64,000 nt of DNA, from the NCBI RefSeq assembly GCF_000026545.1, contig NC_011601.1; one strand, given 5' to 3'. This DNA comes from Escherichia coli O127:H6 str. E2348/69 (GTDB lineage Bacteria; Pseudomonadota; Gammaproteobacteria; Enterobacterales; Enterobacteriaceae). Shown piece by piece: positions 1 to 10,878 of this stretch (position 1 is its first letter; the number at the start of each line of letters is the position of its first letter). The notes below the pieces were generated by a model. It was given only the letters and a program-made list of their open reading frames with translations, had not been told where the DNA came from and searched no databases. The position numbers were made by a program, and so were the translations under genes.

Positions 1-165
1 GAGCGAATATAACTGGAAGTCCATAAATTCAAGCGCAGTGCCCAACCATCCCGATACTGCTGCTTTCACCAAATCCTTAGTACTTCTTTCGTGTTTTTCT
101 ATTGTCATAATGGTTATCTCTAAAAAAGAGGTAAGATGCGTACTACTTACTCGCCGTTATTGGTA

Positions 166-1185
166 TTATTCAGAAAAAGTGAGTAAGACTTTGCAGCAAT
201 GTTTTTGATCCTGTTCAAATAAACTAATGGCATCCGCAACATGCTGGAAATCAAATGTATGGGTAATTAGTTTTTCTGCTTTAATTAACCCTTTACTTAA
301 CCAGTCGATAACGACCGGGAATTTATTTGCATTTAAGCGTGAAGAGAAAATAGAGAGTTCTTTTCCGGTAATTCCTTGCTGAATCACTTCAGACGGTTCA
401 CTGGAGAAGCCCATCAATACAATACGTGCCGCTGGAGAAGCCAGCGTTACGGCCTCTTTCAAGATTGAAGGATGACAAGCGGCATCGATAATTAAAGTCG
501 GCTTGATGCCTTTTTCAGCGAAACTCTCGCCAAGCGGTGTCTGGCTGTTATTAATCGCCCAGTCTGCCCCGCTCTCTTTCGCTTTTTCCAGTCGTTCATC
601 AATGCGATCGGCAACAATCACATTTTTAACGTTATAGACGCCTTTTAATACCTGAACGATCGTCAGGCCGATTGGGCCGGCACCGTAAACCAGAACGGTA
701 TCATTTTCAGTCGGTTGACCATGACCGGTAACGTTAGCCGCAATGGTAAAAGGTTCGATCATCACCGCATATTGATCGGCCACTGCTTCAGGAATTTTCC
801 ACGCATTTTTTGCCGGAACCACGGCATATTCACTGAAACCACCGTCAGCGTGCACACCTAATACAGCAAGTGTCGTACAAACGTTCGGCTTACCTATAGA
901 GCACGGATAGCAATGCCCACAGCTGACCACCGGATCGACAGCAACGCGTTCACCGACTCTGGCGCTTTCCACGCCGTCACCCACTGCATCAATGACGCCA
1001 AAGAATTCATGACCAATGACGCGCGGATATTTCGCAAAAGGATTATGCCCACGGTAAATATGGCTATCTGAACCACAAATTCCGGCAAGTTTAACTTTTA
1101 CTCGTACTTCACCCGCTGACGGGGTGGGTATTTCACGTTCGATAATCGACAGTTGATTCGGTTTTTCAATTAAAATGCTTTTCAT
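166..1185 (-). CDS. rspB: Zn-dependent medium-chain dehydrogenase, starvation-sensing protein RspB
   Basis: ORF 166..1209; Zn-ADH-type motifs (GHEFFG, Cys cluster, GxGxxG); start placed at internal ATG 1183-1185 preceded by AAGGAG; synteny with rspA. Confidence 0.9.
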   Translation of the reverse strand: MKSILIEKPNQLSIIEREIPTPSAGEVRVKVKLAGICGSDSHIYRGHNPFAKYPRVIGHEFFGVIDAVGDGVESARVGERVAVDPVVSCGHCYPCSIGKPNVCTTLAVLGVHADGGFSEYAVVPAKNAWKIPEAVADQYAVMIEPFTIAANVTGHGQPTENDTVLVYGAGPIGLTIVQVLKGVYNVKNVIVADRIDERLEKAKESGADWAINNSQTPLGESFAEKGIKPTLIIDAACHPSILKEAVTLASPAARIVLMGFSSEPSEVIQQGITGKELSIFSSRLNANKFPVVIDWLSKGLIKAEKLITHTFDFQHVADAISLFEQDQKHCCKVLLTFSE

Positions 1186-1196
1186 TACCTTACTCC

Positions 1197-2411
1197 TTAC
1201 CAGTTCCACAGCGTGCCATCTTCCAGACGTGCGACTGGCAGATAAGCAGGTTCATAGGGATATTTCGCCGCCAGCTTTTCATCGAATTCGATGCCAAGAC
1301 CCGGTTTTTCTCCCGGATGCATATAGCCGTTATCGAAAGTCCAGTTGTGCGGGAAGACTTCGAGCATTTGTTCGGAATAACCCATGTATTCCTGGACACC
1401 GAAATTGGGTACCCACAGATCAAAGTGCAGCGCCGCAGCCATGCAGACTGGTGACAAATCGGAAGGACCGTGTGAGCCAGTACGTACCTGATACAGCGAA
1501 GCAAAATCGGCAATCCGGCGCATACCGGTAATTCCGCCTGCATGGGTCAGCGTGGTACGGATATAATCGATGAGTTGCTCTTCAATCAGTTGTTTGCAGT
1601 CCCAGATGCTGTTGAAGACTTCACCCACCGCGATGGGTGTGACGGTATGTTGGCGAATGAGACGGAAGCATTCCTGGTTTTCCGCAGGCGTCGGGTCTTC
1701 CATCCAGAACATGCGATAATCTTCAATGCTCTTACCAAAGCGCGCCGCTTCAATAGGCGTTAAGCGATGGTGCATGTCATGCAGCAGATGTTCATCAAAA
1801 CCAAACTTGTTACGTACCGCGTCAAACAATTTCGGCATGAAATCGAGGTATTTCTCCGTCGACCACAGCTGCTCTTCCGGCCACTGTCCTTTGGTTGCGG
1901 GTTCATAAGCCAGACCTTTACCTTTCGACATGCCGTAGGTGGTTTTCATACCAGGGATTCCGCACTGCACGCGGATGGCTTTGAATCCCAGCTCCTGATG
2001 ACGGGCATAATCATCCAGAGCTTCATCAATACTGTGACCGGTGGTATGGCAATAAACCATCACCCCTTCACGAGACGCGCCGCCGAGTAACTGGTAAAGC
2101 GGCATGTTGGCAGCTTTGGCTTTAATATCCCACAGCGCCATATCAACCGCTGAAATGGCCGACATCGTAACCGGACCGCGACGCCAGTAAGCACCTTTAT
2201 AGAAAAACTGCCAGATATCTTCGATACGGTGTGCATCGCGACCAATAAGCTGCGGACAAAGGTGATCCTGCAAATAAGAGGCCACGGAAAGCTCACGTCC
2301 ATTTAGGGTGGCATCCCCAAGGCCCGTAATACCGTCCTCAGTGGTGATTTTTAATGTGACGAAATTACGCCCCGGACAGGTAACAAAAACTTCAGCCTTT
2401 ACGATCTTCAT
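1197..2411 (-). CDS. rspA: enolase-superfamily mannonate dehydratase-like protein RspA
   Basis: ORF 1197..2444; translation from [17 protein letters not shown] recognised as RspA; start at internal ATG 2409-2411. Confidence 0.9.
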   Translation of the reverse strand: MKIVKAEVFVTCPGRNFVTLKITTEDGITGLGDATLNGRELSVASYLQDHLCPQLIGRDAHRIEDIWQFFYKGAYWRRGPVTMSAISAVDMALWDIKAKAANMPLYQLLGGASREGVMVYCHTTGHSIDEALDDYARHQELGFKAIRVQCGIPGMKTTYGMSKGKGLAYEPATKGQWPEEQLWSTEKYLDFMPKLFDAVRNKFGFDEHLLHDMHHRLTPIEAARFGKSIEDYRMFWMEDPTPAENQECFRLIRQHTVTPIAVGEVFNSIWDCKQLIEEQLIDYIRTTLTHAGGITGMRRIADFASLYQVRTGSHGPSDLSPVCMAAALHFDLWVPNFGVQEYMGYSEQMLEVFPHNWTFDNGYMHPGEKPGLGIEFDEKLAAKYPYEPAYLPVARLEDGTLWNW

Positions 2412-2616
2412 GTTCGATTCCTTGCATCGCTTGTCGTGATGCATGAAATCTACGCAACTGAGCTACTACCATACAAGTATGAAGATCAAAAAAAGCCGGA
2501 GTGATCACAAAAAAAGGCGTATATTTGCGCCGTGAATGGTTGACAAAAGATGAAACAGAATACCTTTTGTCAGCTGACACTTCCTCGTATCTTATTGATA
2601 AAATGGATTTATGTTC

Positions 2617-2943
2617 CTACGTGCGCCCCCAGCCCGCAACAATGATCAACATGCCGCAAAGCGCAATTAACGCCCCCGTCCAGTCATAAAGAGTCAGTTT
2701 CACGCCATCCACAACGCGCAGCCAAATCAACGCCGTGCAGACATAAACGCCACCATAAGCCGCGTAAACACGCCCACTCGCCGCAGGATGCAACGTTAAC
2801 AACCAGACAAACAGCGCCAGTGAAATCCCCGCCGGAAGCAACAGCCAGATACTGGCGTTTCGCTTCAACCACAGCCAGGGCAAAAAGCATCCAATAATTT
2901 CACACAGCGCAGTAGCAAAAAATAGTAACGTTGTTTTAATCAT
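2617..2943 (-). CDS. ynfA: UPF0060 family inner membrane protein
   Basis: ORF 2617..2952, hydrophobic 108-aa product from internal ATG; position between rspA and ynfB as in E. coli. Confidence 0.85.
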   Translation of the reverse strand: MIKTTLLFFATALCEIIGCFLPWLWLKRNASIWLLLPAGISLALFVWLLTLHPAASGRVYAAYGGVYVCTALIWLRVVDGVKLTLYDWTGALIALCGMLIIVAGWGRT

Positions 2944-3077
2944 CTTTGTCACTTATTGACATCACGTATAGTTATAGGGCGACATAATATCATCAATATA
3001 AACACCCTCCTTGAACGTTTTGCGTTCGCAGTGGATGGTGTAGAATCAGCTTTAATCATTCATACAGGGAATGAATT

Positions 3078-3419
3078 ATGAAAATCACTCTCAGCAAACG
3101 AATCGGCCTGCTCGCTTTTCTGCTGCCTTGCGCACTGGCATTGAGCACAACTGTTCATGCCGAAACTAACAAACTGGTGATTGAGTCTGGCGACAGTGCA
3201 CAAAGCCGCCAGCGCGCCGCTATGGAAAAAGAGCAATGGAATGACACGCGTAATCTGCGCCAGAAAGTGAATAAACGCACTGAAAAAGAGTGGGATAAAG
3301 CCGACGCTGCTTTTGATAACCGCGATAAATGTGAGCAAAGCGCCAACATCAATGCCTACTGGGAGCCAAATACTTTGCGCTGCCTGGACCGTCGAACTGG
3401 CCGCGTTATTATCCCCTAA
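3078..3419 (+). CDS. ynfB: UPF0482 family secreted protein
   Basis: ORF 3078..3419 (113 aa), N-terminal signal peptide, AGGGA RBS upstream; synteny. Confidence 0.85.
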   Translation: MKITLSKRIGLLAFLLPCALALSTTVHAETNKLVIESGDSAQSRQRAAMEKEQWNDTRNLRQKVNKRTEKEWDKADAAFDNRDKCEQSANINAYWEPNTLRCLDRRTGRVIIP

Positions 3420-3453
3420 CCTGTTATTGATTTAAGGAATGTAAGGACACGTT

Positions 3454-4014
3454 ATGCCAAGCGCCCACAGTGTTAAGCTACGCCCGCTGGAGCGTGAAGA
3501 TTTACGCTATGTACATCAACTCGACAATAACGCCAGTGTGATGCGTTACTGGTTTGAGGAACCCTACGAAGCCTTTGTTGAACTCTCTGATCTGTATGAT
3601 AAGCATATTCACGATCAGAGCGAACGGCGCTTTGTGGTGGAATGTGACGGCGAAAAAGCCGGTCTGGTGGAGCTGGTGGAAATTAACCATGTTCATCGCC
3701 GCGCAGAATTTCAGATAATTATCTCCCCGGAGTATCAGGGGAAAGGTCTGGCAACCCGTGCCGCCAAATTAGCAATGGACTATGGCTTCACCGTTCTCAA
3801 TCTCTATAAGCTGTATCTGATCGTTGATAAAGAGAATGAAAAAGCGATTCACATTTACCGCAAGCTTGGCTTTACGGTTGAAGGTGAATTGATGCATGAG
3901 TTCTTTATTAATGGTCAATATCGTAATGCCATTCGCATGTGTATATTCCAGCATCAGTATCTGGCTGAGCACAAAACACCGGGTCAGACTCTCCTGAAGC
4001 CGACCGCACAATAG
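3454..4014 (+). CDS. speG: spermidine N1-acetyltransferase
   Basis: ORF 3454..4014 (186 aa); GNAT acetyltransferase; sequence recognised as SpeG. Confidence 0.95.
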   Translation: MPSAHSVKLRPLEREDLRYVHQLDNNASVMRYWFEEPYEAFVELSDLYDKHIHDQSERRFVVECDGEKAGLVELVEINHVHRRAEFQIIISPEYQGKGLATRAAKLAMDYGFTVLNLYKLYLIVDKENEKAIHIYRKLGFTVEGELMHEFFINGQYRNAIRMCIFQHQYLAEHKTPGQTLLKPTAQ

Positions 4015-4016
4015 TA

Positions 4017-4727
4017 TTAATAATAATCGATCGTATTTTTGATGGTGTAAACCCGTTCGACGGCGGGTTTTACTCCTTCATCAACAATGATTAGCTGACA
4101 GTCCACCGGATTGGCGTGATTGTCATACTCACAGCTCTGTTTTACATTACCAACCCGTTGATTATTCAGTAAAGTAACCGCTGTGTAATCTAATTTTTTG
4201 ATCGGGTCCGTTGATGGCGTGGCGCTGACAGATAATGTTTTATCGTTACTTGTTGTGGTTTTACCCAGCGGATACCCCTGATCATCATAGCGATATTCCA
4301 TCTGCATCTGTTTGCTGCTGGCTTTAATCACGAAACCATTATCATCGGTTTCCCAACTCACCCCGGCAGAAGGTAATTCTGCTAGCTGGCATTTTCCCTG
4401 CAAACGAACTCTTTTCTCCAGCGTCTCGGCATCACGGTAATAATTGGCGTCCAGTACCAGGGCAACCAAGGTATTATTTTCCAGATCCAGTAATTCGAGA
4501 GAATCAAAACAGCCTTCTTCCGACAAAGTCCCCGAAACACGTTTCGTCACTTCACCTTGCTCATCCATTAATGTCTGAGTGAAATCTTTTACGGGACCAC
4601 GCAGCGGATCAAAATCGAATTCATTAGAGAAACTGGCCATCTCCGGGGTAAATGAAAGTGTTACCTCTGTGCGGTCACATCCTGTGAGTAATATCGCGAG
4701 TAAGCATGGCAGTAATTTGTATTTCAC
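4017..4727 (-). CDS. ynfC: UPF0257 family lipoprotein
   Basis: ORF 4017..4763; start placed at in-frame GTG 4725-4727 giving MKYKLLPCLLAILLTGC lipoprotein signal with lipobox, AGGTG RBS 6 nt upstream. Confidence 0.8.
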   Translation of the reverse strand: MKYKLLPCLLAILLTGCDRTEVTLSFTPEMASFSNEFDFDPLRGPVKDFTQTLMDEQGEVTKRVSGTLSEEGCFDSLELLDLENNTLVALVLDANYYRDAETLEKRVRLQGKCQLAELPSAGVSWETDDNGFVIKASSKQMQMEYRYDDQGYPLGKTTTSNDKTLSVSATPSTDPIKKLDYTAVTLLNNQRVGNVKQSCEYDNHANPVDCQLIIVDEGVKPAVERVYTIKNTIDYY

Positions 4728-4834
4728 AACAGTCACCTGAGAGTAGAGATGATTCTCAATCATAGTAGCAAATACAGTACTTTACACGTTAAATGCTATG
4801 CTTAAAGAAGTTATCTTCGCGTAAGGAGCTTATG

Positions 4835-5140
4835 ATGAAACTCTCAACCTGCTGTGCCGCGCTTCTGCTCGCCCTCGCCTCACCCGCGGTACTCGCCGCG
4901 CCGGGATCCTGTGAGCGCATACAGCGCGATATATCACAGCGCATTATCAATAATGGCGTACCCGAAAGCAGCTTCACGTTAAGTATTGTACCCAATGACC
5001 AGGTTGATCAGCCTGATTCCCAGGTCGTCGGGCATTGCGCTAATGATACGCATAAAATTCTCTACACCCGTACCACCAGCGGTAACGTCTCTGCTCCCGC
5101 GCAGTCTACCCAGGATAACGCGCCTGCTGAACCGCAGTAA
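4835..5140 (+). CDS. ynfD: DUF1161 family periplasmic protein
   Basis: ORF 4793..5140; start at internal ATG giving 101-aa product with signal peptide; AAGGAG upstream. Confidence 0.8.
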   Translation: MKLSTCCAALLLALASPAVLAAPGSCERIQRDISQRIINNGVPESSFTLSIVPNDQVDQPDSQVVGHCANDTHKILYTRTTSGNVSAPAQSTQDNAPAEPQ

Positions 5141-5156
5141 CACATTATCGACTGAA

Positions 5157-5179
5157 CGCCGGATACGACACATCCGGCG
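5157..5179 (+). terminator. GC-rich hairpin downstream of ynfD (stem CGCCGGA/TCCGGCG), REP-like, weak U tract
   Basis: inverted repeat read directly from sequence 17 nt after ynfD stop. Confidence 0.3.
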
Positions 5180-5225
5180 ATTTGAACATACAACATAATC
5201 CCACCTTATTACTCATACCCTTCTA

Positions 5226-5239
5226 TTGATATGGATTAA
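5226..5239 (+). promoter_or_regulatory. FNR-like site TTGAT-N4-ATTAA upstream of ynfE
   Basis: 9/10 match to FNR consensus TTGAT-N4-ATCAA about 100 bp upstream of ynfE ATG; ynfEFGH is an anaerobic operon. Confidence 0.35.
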
Positions 5240-5338
5240 TAATTATTAACCCCAAATGGGTAGACTCTCTCTATTGTTAGCGCGCTAAATATTCAATATA
5301 TAAACATTTATATAACGATAAAGAACAGGGAGTGAGTT

Positions 5339-7765
5339 ATGTCCAAAAATGAACAAATGGTGGGCATCAGCCGCAGAACACTCGTTAAATCTACCGCGAT
5401 AGGTTCTCTGGCGCTGGCTGCAGGCGGTTTTTCTTTGCCGTTTACCCTGCGCAGTGCAGAAGCAGCGGTACAACAGGCCAACGAAAAAGTGGTCTGGGGT
5501 GCCTGTTCCGTCAACTGTGGTAGCCGCTGTGCACTTCGTCTGCATGTTAAAGATAATGAAGTGACCTGGGTGGAAACTGACAACACCGGCAGCGACGAGT
5601 ATGGCAACCATCAGGTACGCGCCTGTTTGCGCGGTCGCTCCATCCGTCGGCGTATTAATCATCCCGATCGCCTGAATTACCCAATGAAACGCGTGGGCAA
5701 ACGCGGCGAAGGCAAATTCGAACGGATTAGCTGGGATGAAGCCCTGGATACTATCGCCAGTAGCCTGAAAAAAACCGTCAAACAATATGGCAATGAGGCT
5801 GTATATATTCAGTACTCTTCGGGGATTGTTGGCGGCAATATGACCCGCTCTTCTCCATCAGCCTCGGCGGTCAAACGCCTGATGAACTGCTACGGCGGTT
5901 CACTAAATCAGTATGGCTCCTACAGCACTGCGCAAATTTCCTGTGCCATGCCCTACACCTACGGCAGTAATGATGGCAACAGCACCACGGATATTGAAAA
6001 CAGCAAGCTGGTCGTGATGTTTGGTAACAACCCGGCTGAAACCCGCATGAGCGGCGGTGGCATCACCTATCTTCTTGAAAAAGCACGCGAGAAATCGAAC
6101 GCAAAAATGATTGTTATCGATCCGCGATATACCGATACGGCTGCTGGTCGTGAAGATGAATGGCTTCCTATTCGCCCGGGCACCGATGCCGCGCTGGTTG
6201 CGGGTATTGCCTGGGTATTGATTAACGAAAATCTCGTTGATCAACCTTTTCTCGATAAATACTGCGTCGGCTATGACGAAAAAACCTTACCCGCAGATGC
6301 ACCCAAAAATGGTCACTATAAAGCCTATATTCTTGGTGAAGGCGATGATAAAACAGCGAAAACGCCGCAGTGGGCTTCGCAAATTACAGGTATCCCGGTA
6401 GACCGTATCATCAAACTGGCGCGTGAAATTGGCACAGCAAAACCCGCTTATATCTGCCAGGGCTGGGGGCCGCAACGCCAGGCAAACGGCGAGCTGACGG
6501 CACGCGCTATTGCTATGTTGCCTATTTTGACGGGCAATGTCGGCATCAGCGGCGGAAATAGTGGTGCGCGTGAATCGACCTACACCATTACCATCGAACG
6601 CTTGCCGGTGCTGGATAATCCGGTCAAAACGTCAATCTCCTGCTTCAGCTGGACAGATGCTATCGATCATGGCCCGCAAATGACGGCAATCCGCGACGGC
6701 GTCCGGGGCAAAGATAAACTAGATGTGCCCATTAAGTTCATCTGGAACTACGCGGGAAATACCCTGGTTAATCAGCATTCTGACATCAACAAAACGCATG
6801 AAATTCTGCAGGACGAATCGAAATGCGAAATGATTGTGGTCATCGAAAACTTTATGACCTCATCGGCAAAATATGCCGACATTCTGCTGCCAGACCTGAT
6901 GACCGTTGAGCAGGAAGATATTATTCCTAACGACTACGCCGGTAACATGGGATATCTCATTTTCCTCCAGCCTGTCACCAGCGAAAAATTCGAACGCAAA
7001 CCAATTTACTGGATCCTGAGTGAAGTCGCGAAACGTCTTGGACCTGACGTCTATCAAAAGTTCACTGAAGGTCGCACGCAGGAACAATGGTTACAACATC
7101 TGTACGCCAAAATGCTTGCCAAAGATCCGGCGTTACCGTCTTACGACGAATTAAAAAAAATGGGTATCTATAAGCGTAAAGATCCCAATGGTCATTTTGT
7201 CGCCTACAAAGCATTTCGTGACGACCCCGAGGCAAATCCACTTAAAACGCCTTCCGGTAAGATTGAAATTTATTCCAGCAAGCTGGCGGAAATTGCCCGT
7301 ACCTGGGAACTGGAAAAAGATGAAGTGATAAGCCCACTGCCGGTTTATGCCTCAACCTTTGAAGGCTGGGACTCCCCTGAACATAGTGCCTTCCCACTGC
7401 AACTGTTTGGTTTCCATTACAAATCCCGTACGCACTCGACCTACGGCAACATTGATGTCCTGAAGGCAGCCTGCCGTCAGGAAGTGTGGATCAACCCTAT
7501 AGATGCACAGAAACGTGGGATTGCCAACGGCGATATGGTGCGGGTGTTTAACCATCGTGGCGAAGTTCGGCTACCAGCCAAAGTGACACCACGCATTCTC
7601 CCTGGAGTTAGTGCTATGGGCCAGGGAGCCTGGCACGAGGCCAATATGTCTGGCGATAAAATCGACCACGGCGGCTGTGTGAATACGCTAACCACTCTGC
7701 GCCCTTCACCACTGGCGAAGGGAAACCCGCAGCACACTAATCTGGTCGAGATCGAAAAAATATAA
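5339..7765 (+). CDS. ynfE: Tat-exported molybdopterin oxidoreductase catalytic subunit, DmsA paralog (selenate reductase YnfE)
   Basis: ORF 5339..7765 (808 aa); twin-arginine motif SRRTLVK; DMSO reductase family; recognised as YnfE. Confidence 0.95.
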   Translation: MSKNEQMVGISRRTLVKSTAIGSLALAAGGFSLPFTLRSAEAAVQQANEKVVWGACSVNCGSRCALRLHVKDNEVTWVETDNTGSDEYGNHQVRACLRGRSIRRRINHPDRLNYPMKRVGKRGEGKFERISWDEALDTIASSLKKTVKQYGNEAVYIQYSSGIVGGNMTRSSPSASAVKRLMNCYGGSLNQYGSYSTAQISCAMPYTYGSNDGNSTTDIENSKLVVMFGNNPAETRMSGGGITYLLEKAREKSNAKMIVIDPRYTDTAAGREDEWLPIRPGTDAALVAGIAWVLINENLVDQPFLDKYCVGYDEKTLPADAPKNGHYKAYILGEGDDKTAKTPQWASQITGIPVDRIIKLAREIGTAKPAYICQGWGPQRQANGELTARAIAMLPILTGNVGISGGNSGARESTYTITIERLPVLDNPVKTSISCFSWTDAIDHGPQMTAIRDGVRGKDKLDVPIKFIWNYAGNTLVNQHSDINKTHEILQDESKCEMIVVIENFMTSSAKYADILLPDLMTVEQEDIIPNDYAGNMGYLIFLQPVTSEKFERKPIYWILSEVAKRLGPDVYQKFTEGRTQEQWLQHLYAKMLAKDPALPSYDELKKMGIYKRKDPNGHFVAYKAFRDDPEANPLKTPSGKIEIYSSKLAEIARTWELEKDEVISPLPVYASTFEGWDSPEHSAFPLQLFGFHYKSRTHSTYGNIDVLKAACRQEVWINPIDAQKRGIANGDMVRVFNHRGEVRLPAKVTPRILPGVSAMGQGAWHEANMSGDKIDHGGCVNTLTTLRPSPLAKGNPQHTNLVEIEKI

Positions 7766-7825
7766 CCCACTACGACCATAAATTTTGACATGACATTTTG
7801 TTTGAAAAGCAATAAGTGAGTAATG

Positions 7826-10249
7826 ATGAAAATCCATAACACAGAGGCGCTCATGTCGGCTGAAATCAGTCGTAGAAGTCTGATGAAAACCTCCGCACTT
7901 GGCAGTCTCGCGCTGGCAAGCAGTGCTTTCACTTTGCCGTTTTCCCAAATGGTCCGAGCGGCACAGGCACCGGTAGAAGAGAAAGCGGTCTGGAGTTCCT
8001 GCACCGTTAACTGCGGGAGCCGCTGTCTGTTACGTTTGCATGTGAAAGATGACACCGTGTACTGGGTGGAGTCTGATACGACAGGTGACGACGTTTACGG
8101 TAATCATCAGGTTCGGGCATGTTTACGCGGGCGCTCTATCCGCCGACGGATGAATCATCCTGACAGGTTGAAATATCCCATGAAGCGCGTCGGCAAGCGC
8201 GGTGAAGGTAAATTTGAACGGATAAGTTGGGACGAAGCCCTGGATACCATCAGTGATAATCTTCGGCGGATCCTAAAAGATTACGGCAATGAGGCTGTAC
8301 ATGTTCTCTATGGAACAGGCGTAGATGGCGGAAACATCACCAACTCAAACGTCCCGTACCGTCTGATGAACTCTTGCGGTGGTTTTCTCAGTCGCTATGG
8401 CAGCTACAGTACCGCACAGATCAGTGCCGCAATGAGTTATATGTTCGGTGCCAATGATGGCAACAGCCCGGATGATATCGCCAATACGAAACTGGTCGTT
8501 ATGTTCGGAAATAACCCGGCAGAAACACGGATGAGCGGCGGTGGTGTCACTTACTACGTCGAGCAAGCCCGCGAACGTTCAAACGCACGCATGATCGTCA
8601 TCGATCCACGTTATAACGACACAGCTGCCGGGCGTGAAGATGAATGGCTGCCCATTCGCCCTGGCACCGATGGCGCACTGGCCTGTGCGATTGCCTGGGT
8701 ACTGATTACTGAAAACATGGTCGATCAGCCATTTCTCGACAAATATTGTGTTGGTTACGATGAAAAAACGCTGCCAGCTAACGCTCCACGTAACGCGCAT
8801 TATAAAGCCTATATTCTGGGCGAAGGGACTGACAGCATAGCTAAGACGCCGGAATGGGCAGCAAAAATCACCAGCATCCCGGCAGAAAAAATTATCCAGT
8901 TGGCACGAGAGATCGGTTCAGCAAAACCGGCTTATATTTGTCAGGGTTGGGGGCCACAACGACATTCCAACGGCGAGCAAACGTCCCGCGCTATTGCCAT
9001 GCTTTCCGTTCTCACCGGTAACGTCGGCATAAACGGCGGCAACTCAGGTGTACGCGAAGGTAGCTGGGATCTGGGGGTAGAATGGTTCCCGATGCTCGAG
9101 AATCCAGTTAAAACGCAGATTTCCGTCTTTACATGGACAGATGCCATCGACCATGGTACGGAAATGACCGCGACCCGTGATGGTGTTCGAGGAAAAGAAA
9201 AACTGGATGTCCCCATCAAGTTTTTATGGTGCTACGCCAGTAACACATTGATCAATCAACATGGCGACATCAATCACACCCATGAGGTGCTTCAGGATGA
9301 CAGCAAGTGCGAGATGATTGTTGGCATTGACCACTTCATGACTGCCTCGGCTAAGTATTGCGATATCCTGTTACCCGACCTGATGCCAACAGAGCAAGAA
9401 GACCTTATCTCTCATGAGTCTGCCGGGAATATGGGCTATGTGATCCTCGCCCAACCCGCAACCTCAGCAAAATTTGAACGCAAACCCATCTACTGGATGC
9501 TGAGCGAAGTCGCCAAACGCTTAGGACCAGACGTTTATCAAACCTTTACTGAAGGTCGCAGTCAGCATGAATGGATCAAATATCTCCATGCGAAAACGAA
9601 GGAACGTAACCCTGAGATGCCCGACTACGAGGAGATGAAAACGACCGGGATCTTTAAGAAAAAATGCCCGGAAGAACACTACGTCGCTTTCCGCGCATTC
9701 CGTGAAGATCCACAGGCAAACCCGTTGAAAACACCTTCGGGGAAAATCGAAATTTATTCTGAACGACTGGCGAAGATTGCAGATACCTGGGAATTGAAAA
9801 AAGATGAAATTATTCATCCCCTTCCTGCGTATACCCCAGGTTTTGATGGCTGGGACGATCCCCTGCGGAAAACCTATCCACTGCAACTAACGGGCTTCCA
9901 CTACAAAGCGCGTACCCACTCCAGCTACGGCAATATTGATGTGTTACAGCAGGCCTGCCCACAAGAGGTGTGGATCAACCCTATTGATGCTCAGGCACGC
10001 GGTATCCGTCATGGCGATACCGTGCGGGTATTTAACAATAATGGAGAAATGCTGATTGCCGCAAAAGTGACTCCGCGTATTCTGCCTGGCGTTACCGCCA
10101 TCGGGCAAGGTGCGTGGCTTAAAGCGGATATGTTTGGTGACCGGGTCGATCACGGCGGCAGTATCAATATTCTGACCTCTCACCGCCCTTCACCGCTGGC
10201 AAAGGGAAACCCGTCGCACAGCAATCTTGTCCAGATCGAAAAGGTTTAA
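7826..10249 (+). CDS. ynfF: Tat-exported molybdopterin oxidoreductase catalytic subunit, DmsA paralog YnfF
   Basis: ORF 7823..10249; twin-arginine motif SRRSLMK; tandem paralog of ynfE; start at second ATG (7826) with better RBS spacing. Confidence 0.9.
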   Translation: MKIHNTEALMSAEISRRSLMKTSALGSLALASSAFTLPFSQMVRAAQAPVEEKAVWSSCTVNCGSRCLLRLHVKDDTVYWVESDTTGDDVYGNHQVRACLRGRSIRRRMNHPDRLKYPMKRVGKRGEGKFERISWDEALDTISDNLRRILKDYGNEAVHVLYGTGVDGGNITNSNVPYRLMNSCGGFLSRYGSYSTAQISAAMSYMFGANDGNSPDDIANTKLVVMFGNNPAETRMSGGGVTYYVEQARERSNARMIVIDPRYNDTAAGREDEWLPIRPGTDGALACAIAWVLITENMVDQPFLDKYCVGYDEKTLPANAPRNAHYKAYILGEGTDSIAKTPEWAAKITSIPAEKIIQLAREIGSAKPAYICQGWGPQRHSNGEQTSRAIAMLSVLTGNVGINGGNSGVREGSWDLGVEWFPMLENPVKTQISVFTWTDAIDHGTEMTATRDGVRGKEKLDVPIKFLWCYASNTLINQHGDINHTHEVLQDDSKCEMIVGIDHFMTASAKYCDILLPDLMPTEQEDLISHESAGNMGYVILAQPATSAKFERKPIYWMLSEVAKRLGPDVYQTFTEGRSQHEWIKYLHAKTKERNPEMPDYEEMKTTGIFKKKCPEEHYVAFRAFREDPQANPLKTPSGKIEIYSERLAKIADTWELKKDEIIHPLPAYTPGFDGWDDPLRKTYPLQLTGFHYKARTHSSYGNIDVLQQACPQEVWINPIDAQARGIRHGDTVRVFNNNGEMLIAAKVTPRILPGVTAIGQGAWLKADMFGDRVDHGGSINILTSHRPSPLAKGNPSHSNLVQIEKV

Positions 10250-10259
10250 GGAGTAGCCC

Positions 10260-10877
10260 ATGACCACACAATATGGATTTTTTATCGATTCCAGCCGCTG
10301 TACTGGCTGTAAAACCTGCGAACTGGCGTGCAAAGATTTTAAAGATCTTGGCCCGGAAGTCAGTTTCCGCCGTATTTATGAATATGCTGGCGGCGACTGG
10401 CAGGAAGATAATGGCGTCTGGCACCAGAACGTGTTCGCTTATTATCTCTCCATCTCCTGTAACCATTGCGATGACCCCGCATGTACAAAAGTCTGCCCCA
10501 GCGGCGCAATGCATAAGCGTGAAGATGGCTTTGTGGTGGTTGATGAAGATGTTTGTATCGGCTGCCGCTACTGCCACATGGCTTGTCCGTACGGCGCGCC
10601 ACAGTACAATGCTGAAAAAGGGCACATGACGAAGTGCGATGGTTGTTATTCGCGCGTCGCCGAGGGGAAACAACCCATATGTGTCGAATCCTGCCCGCTG
10701 CGTGCACTTGAGTTCGGTCCAATTGAAGAGCTGCGCCAGAAGCACGGCACTCTGGCTGCCGTCGCGCCACTGCCGCGCGCACATTTCACAAAACCCAATA
10801 TCGTTATCAAACCTAACGCCAACAGCCGCCCGACCGGCGATACCACTGGTTATCTGGCTAATCCGGAGGAAGTGTAA
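10260..10877 (+). CDS. ynfG: 4Fe-4S ferredoxin-type subunit, DmsB paralog
   Basis: ORF 10260..10877 (205 aa); four CxxCxxCxxxCP clusters. Confidence 0.95.
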   Translation: MTTQYGFFIDSSRCTGCKTCELACKDFKDLGPEVSFRRIYEYAGGDWQEDNGVWHQNVFAYYLSISCNHCDDPACTKVCPSGAMHKREDGFVVVDEDVCIGCRYCHMACPYGAPQYNAEKGHMTKCDGCYSRVAEGKQPICVESCPLRALEFGPIEELRQKHGTLAAVAPLPRAHFTKPNIVIKPNANSRPTGDTTGYLANPEEV

Positions 10878-10878
10878 A

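Noticed and set aside
136-186. 16-codon ORF (MRTTYSPLLVLFRKSE) with AAGAGG upstream, overlapping the rspB 3' end on the opposite strand
   Set aside because: Short, RBS spacing tight, no recognisable homolog; probably chance in the region downstream of rspB
10639-10878. N-terminal 80-codon extension of the ynfH ORF overlapping ynfG
   Set aside because: Extension is out of frame with ynfG but lies inside it; the ATG at 10879 directly after the ynfG stop gives the expected DmsC-like membrane protein
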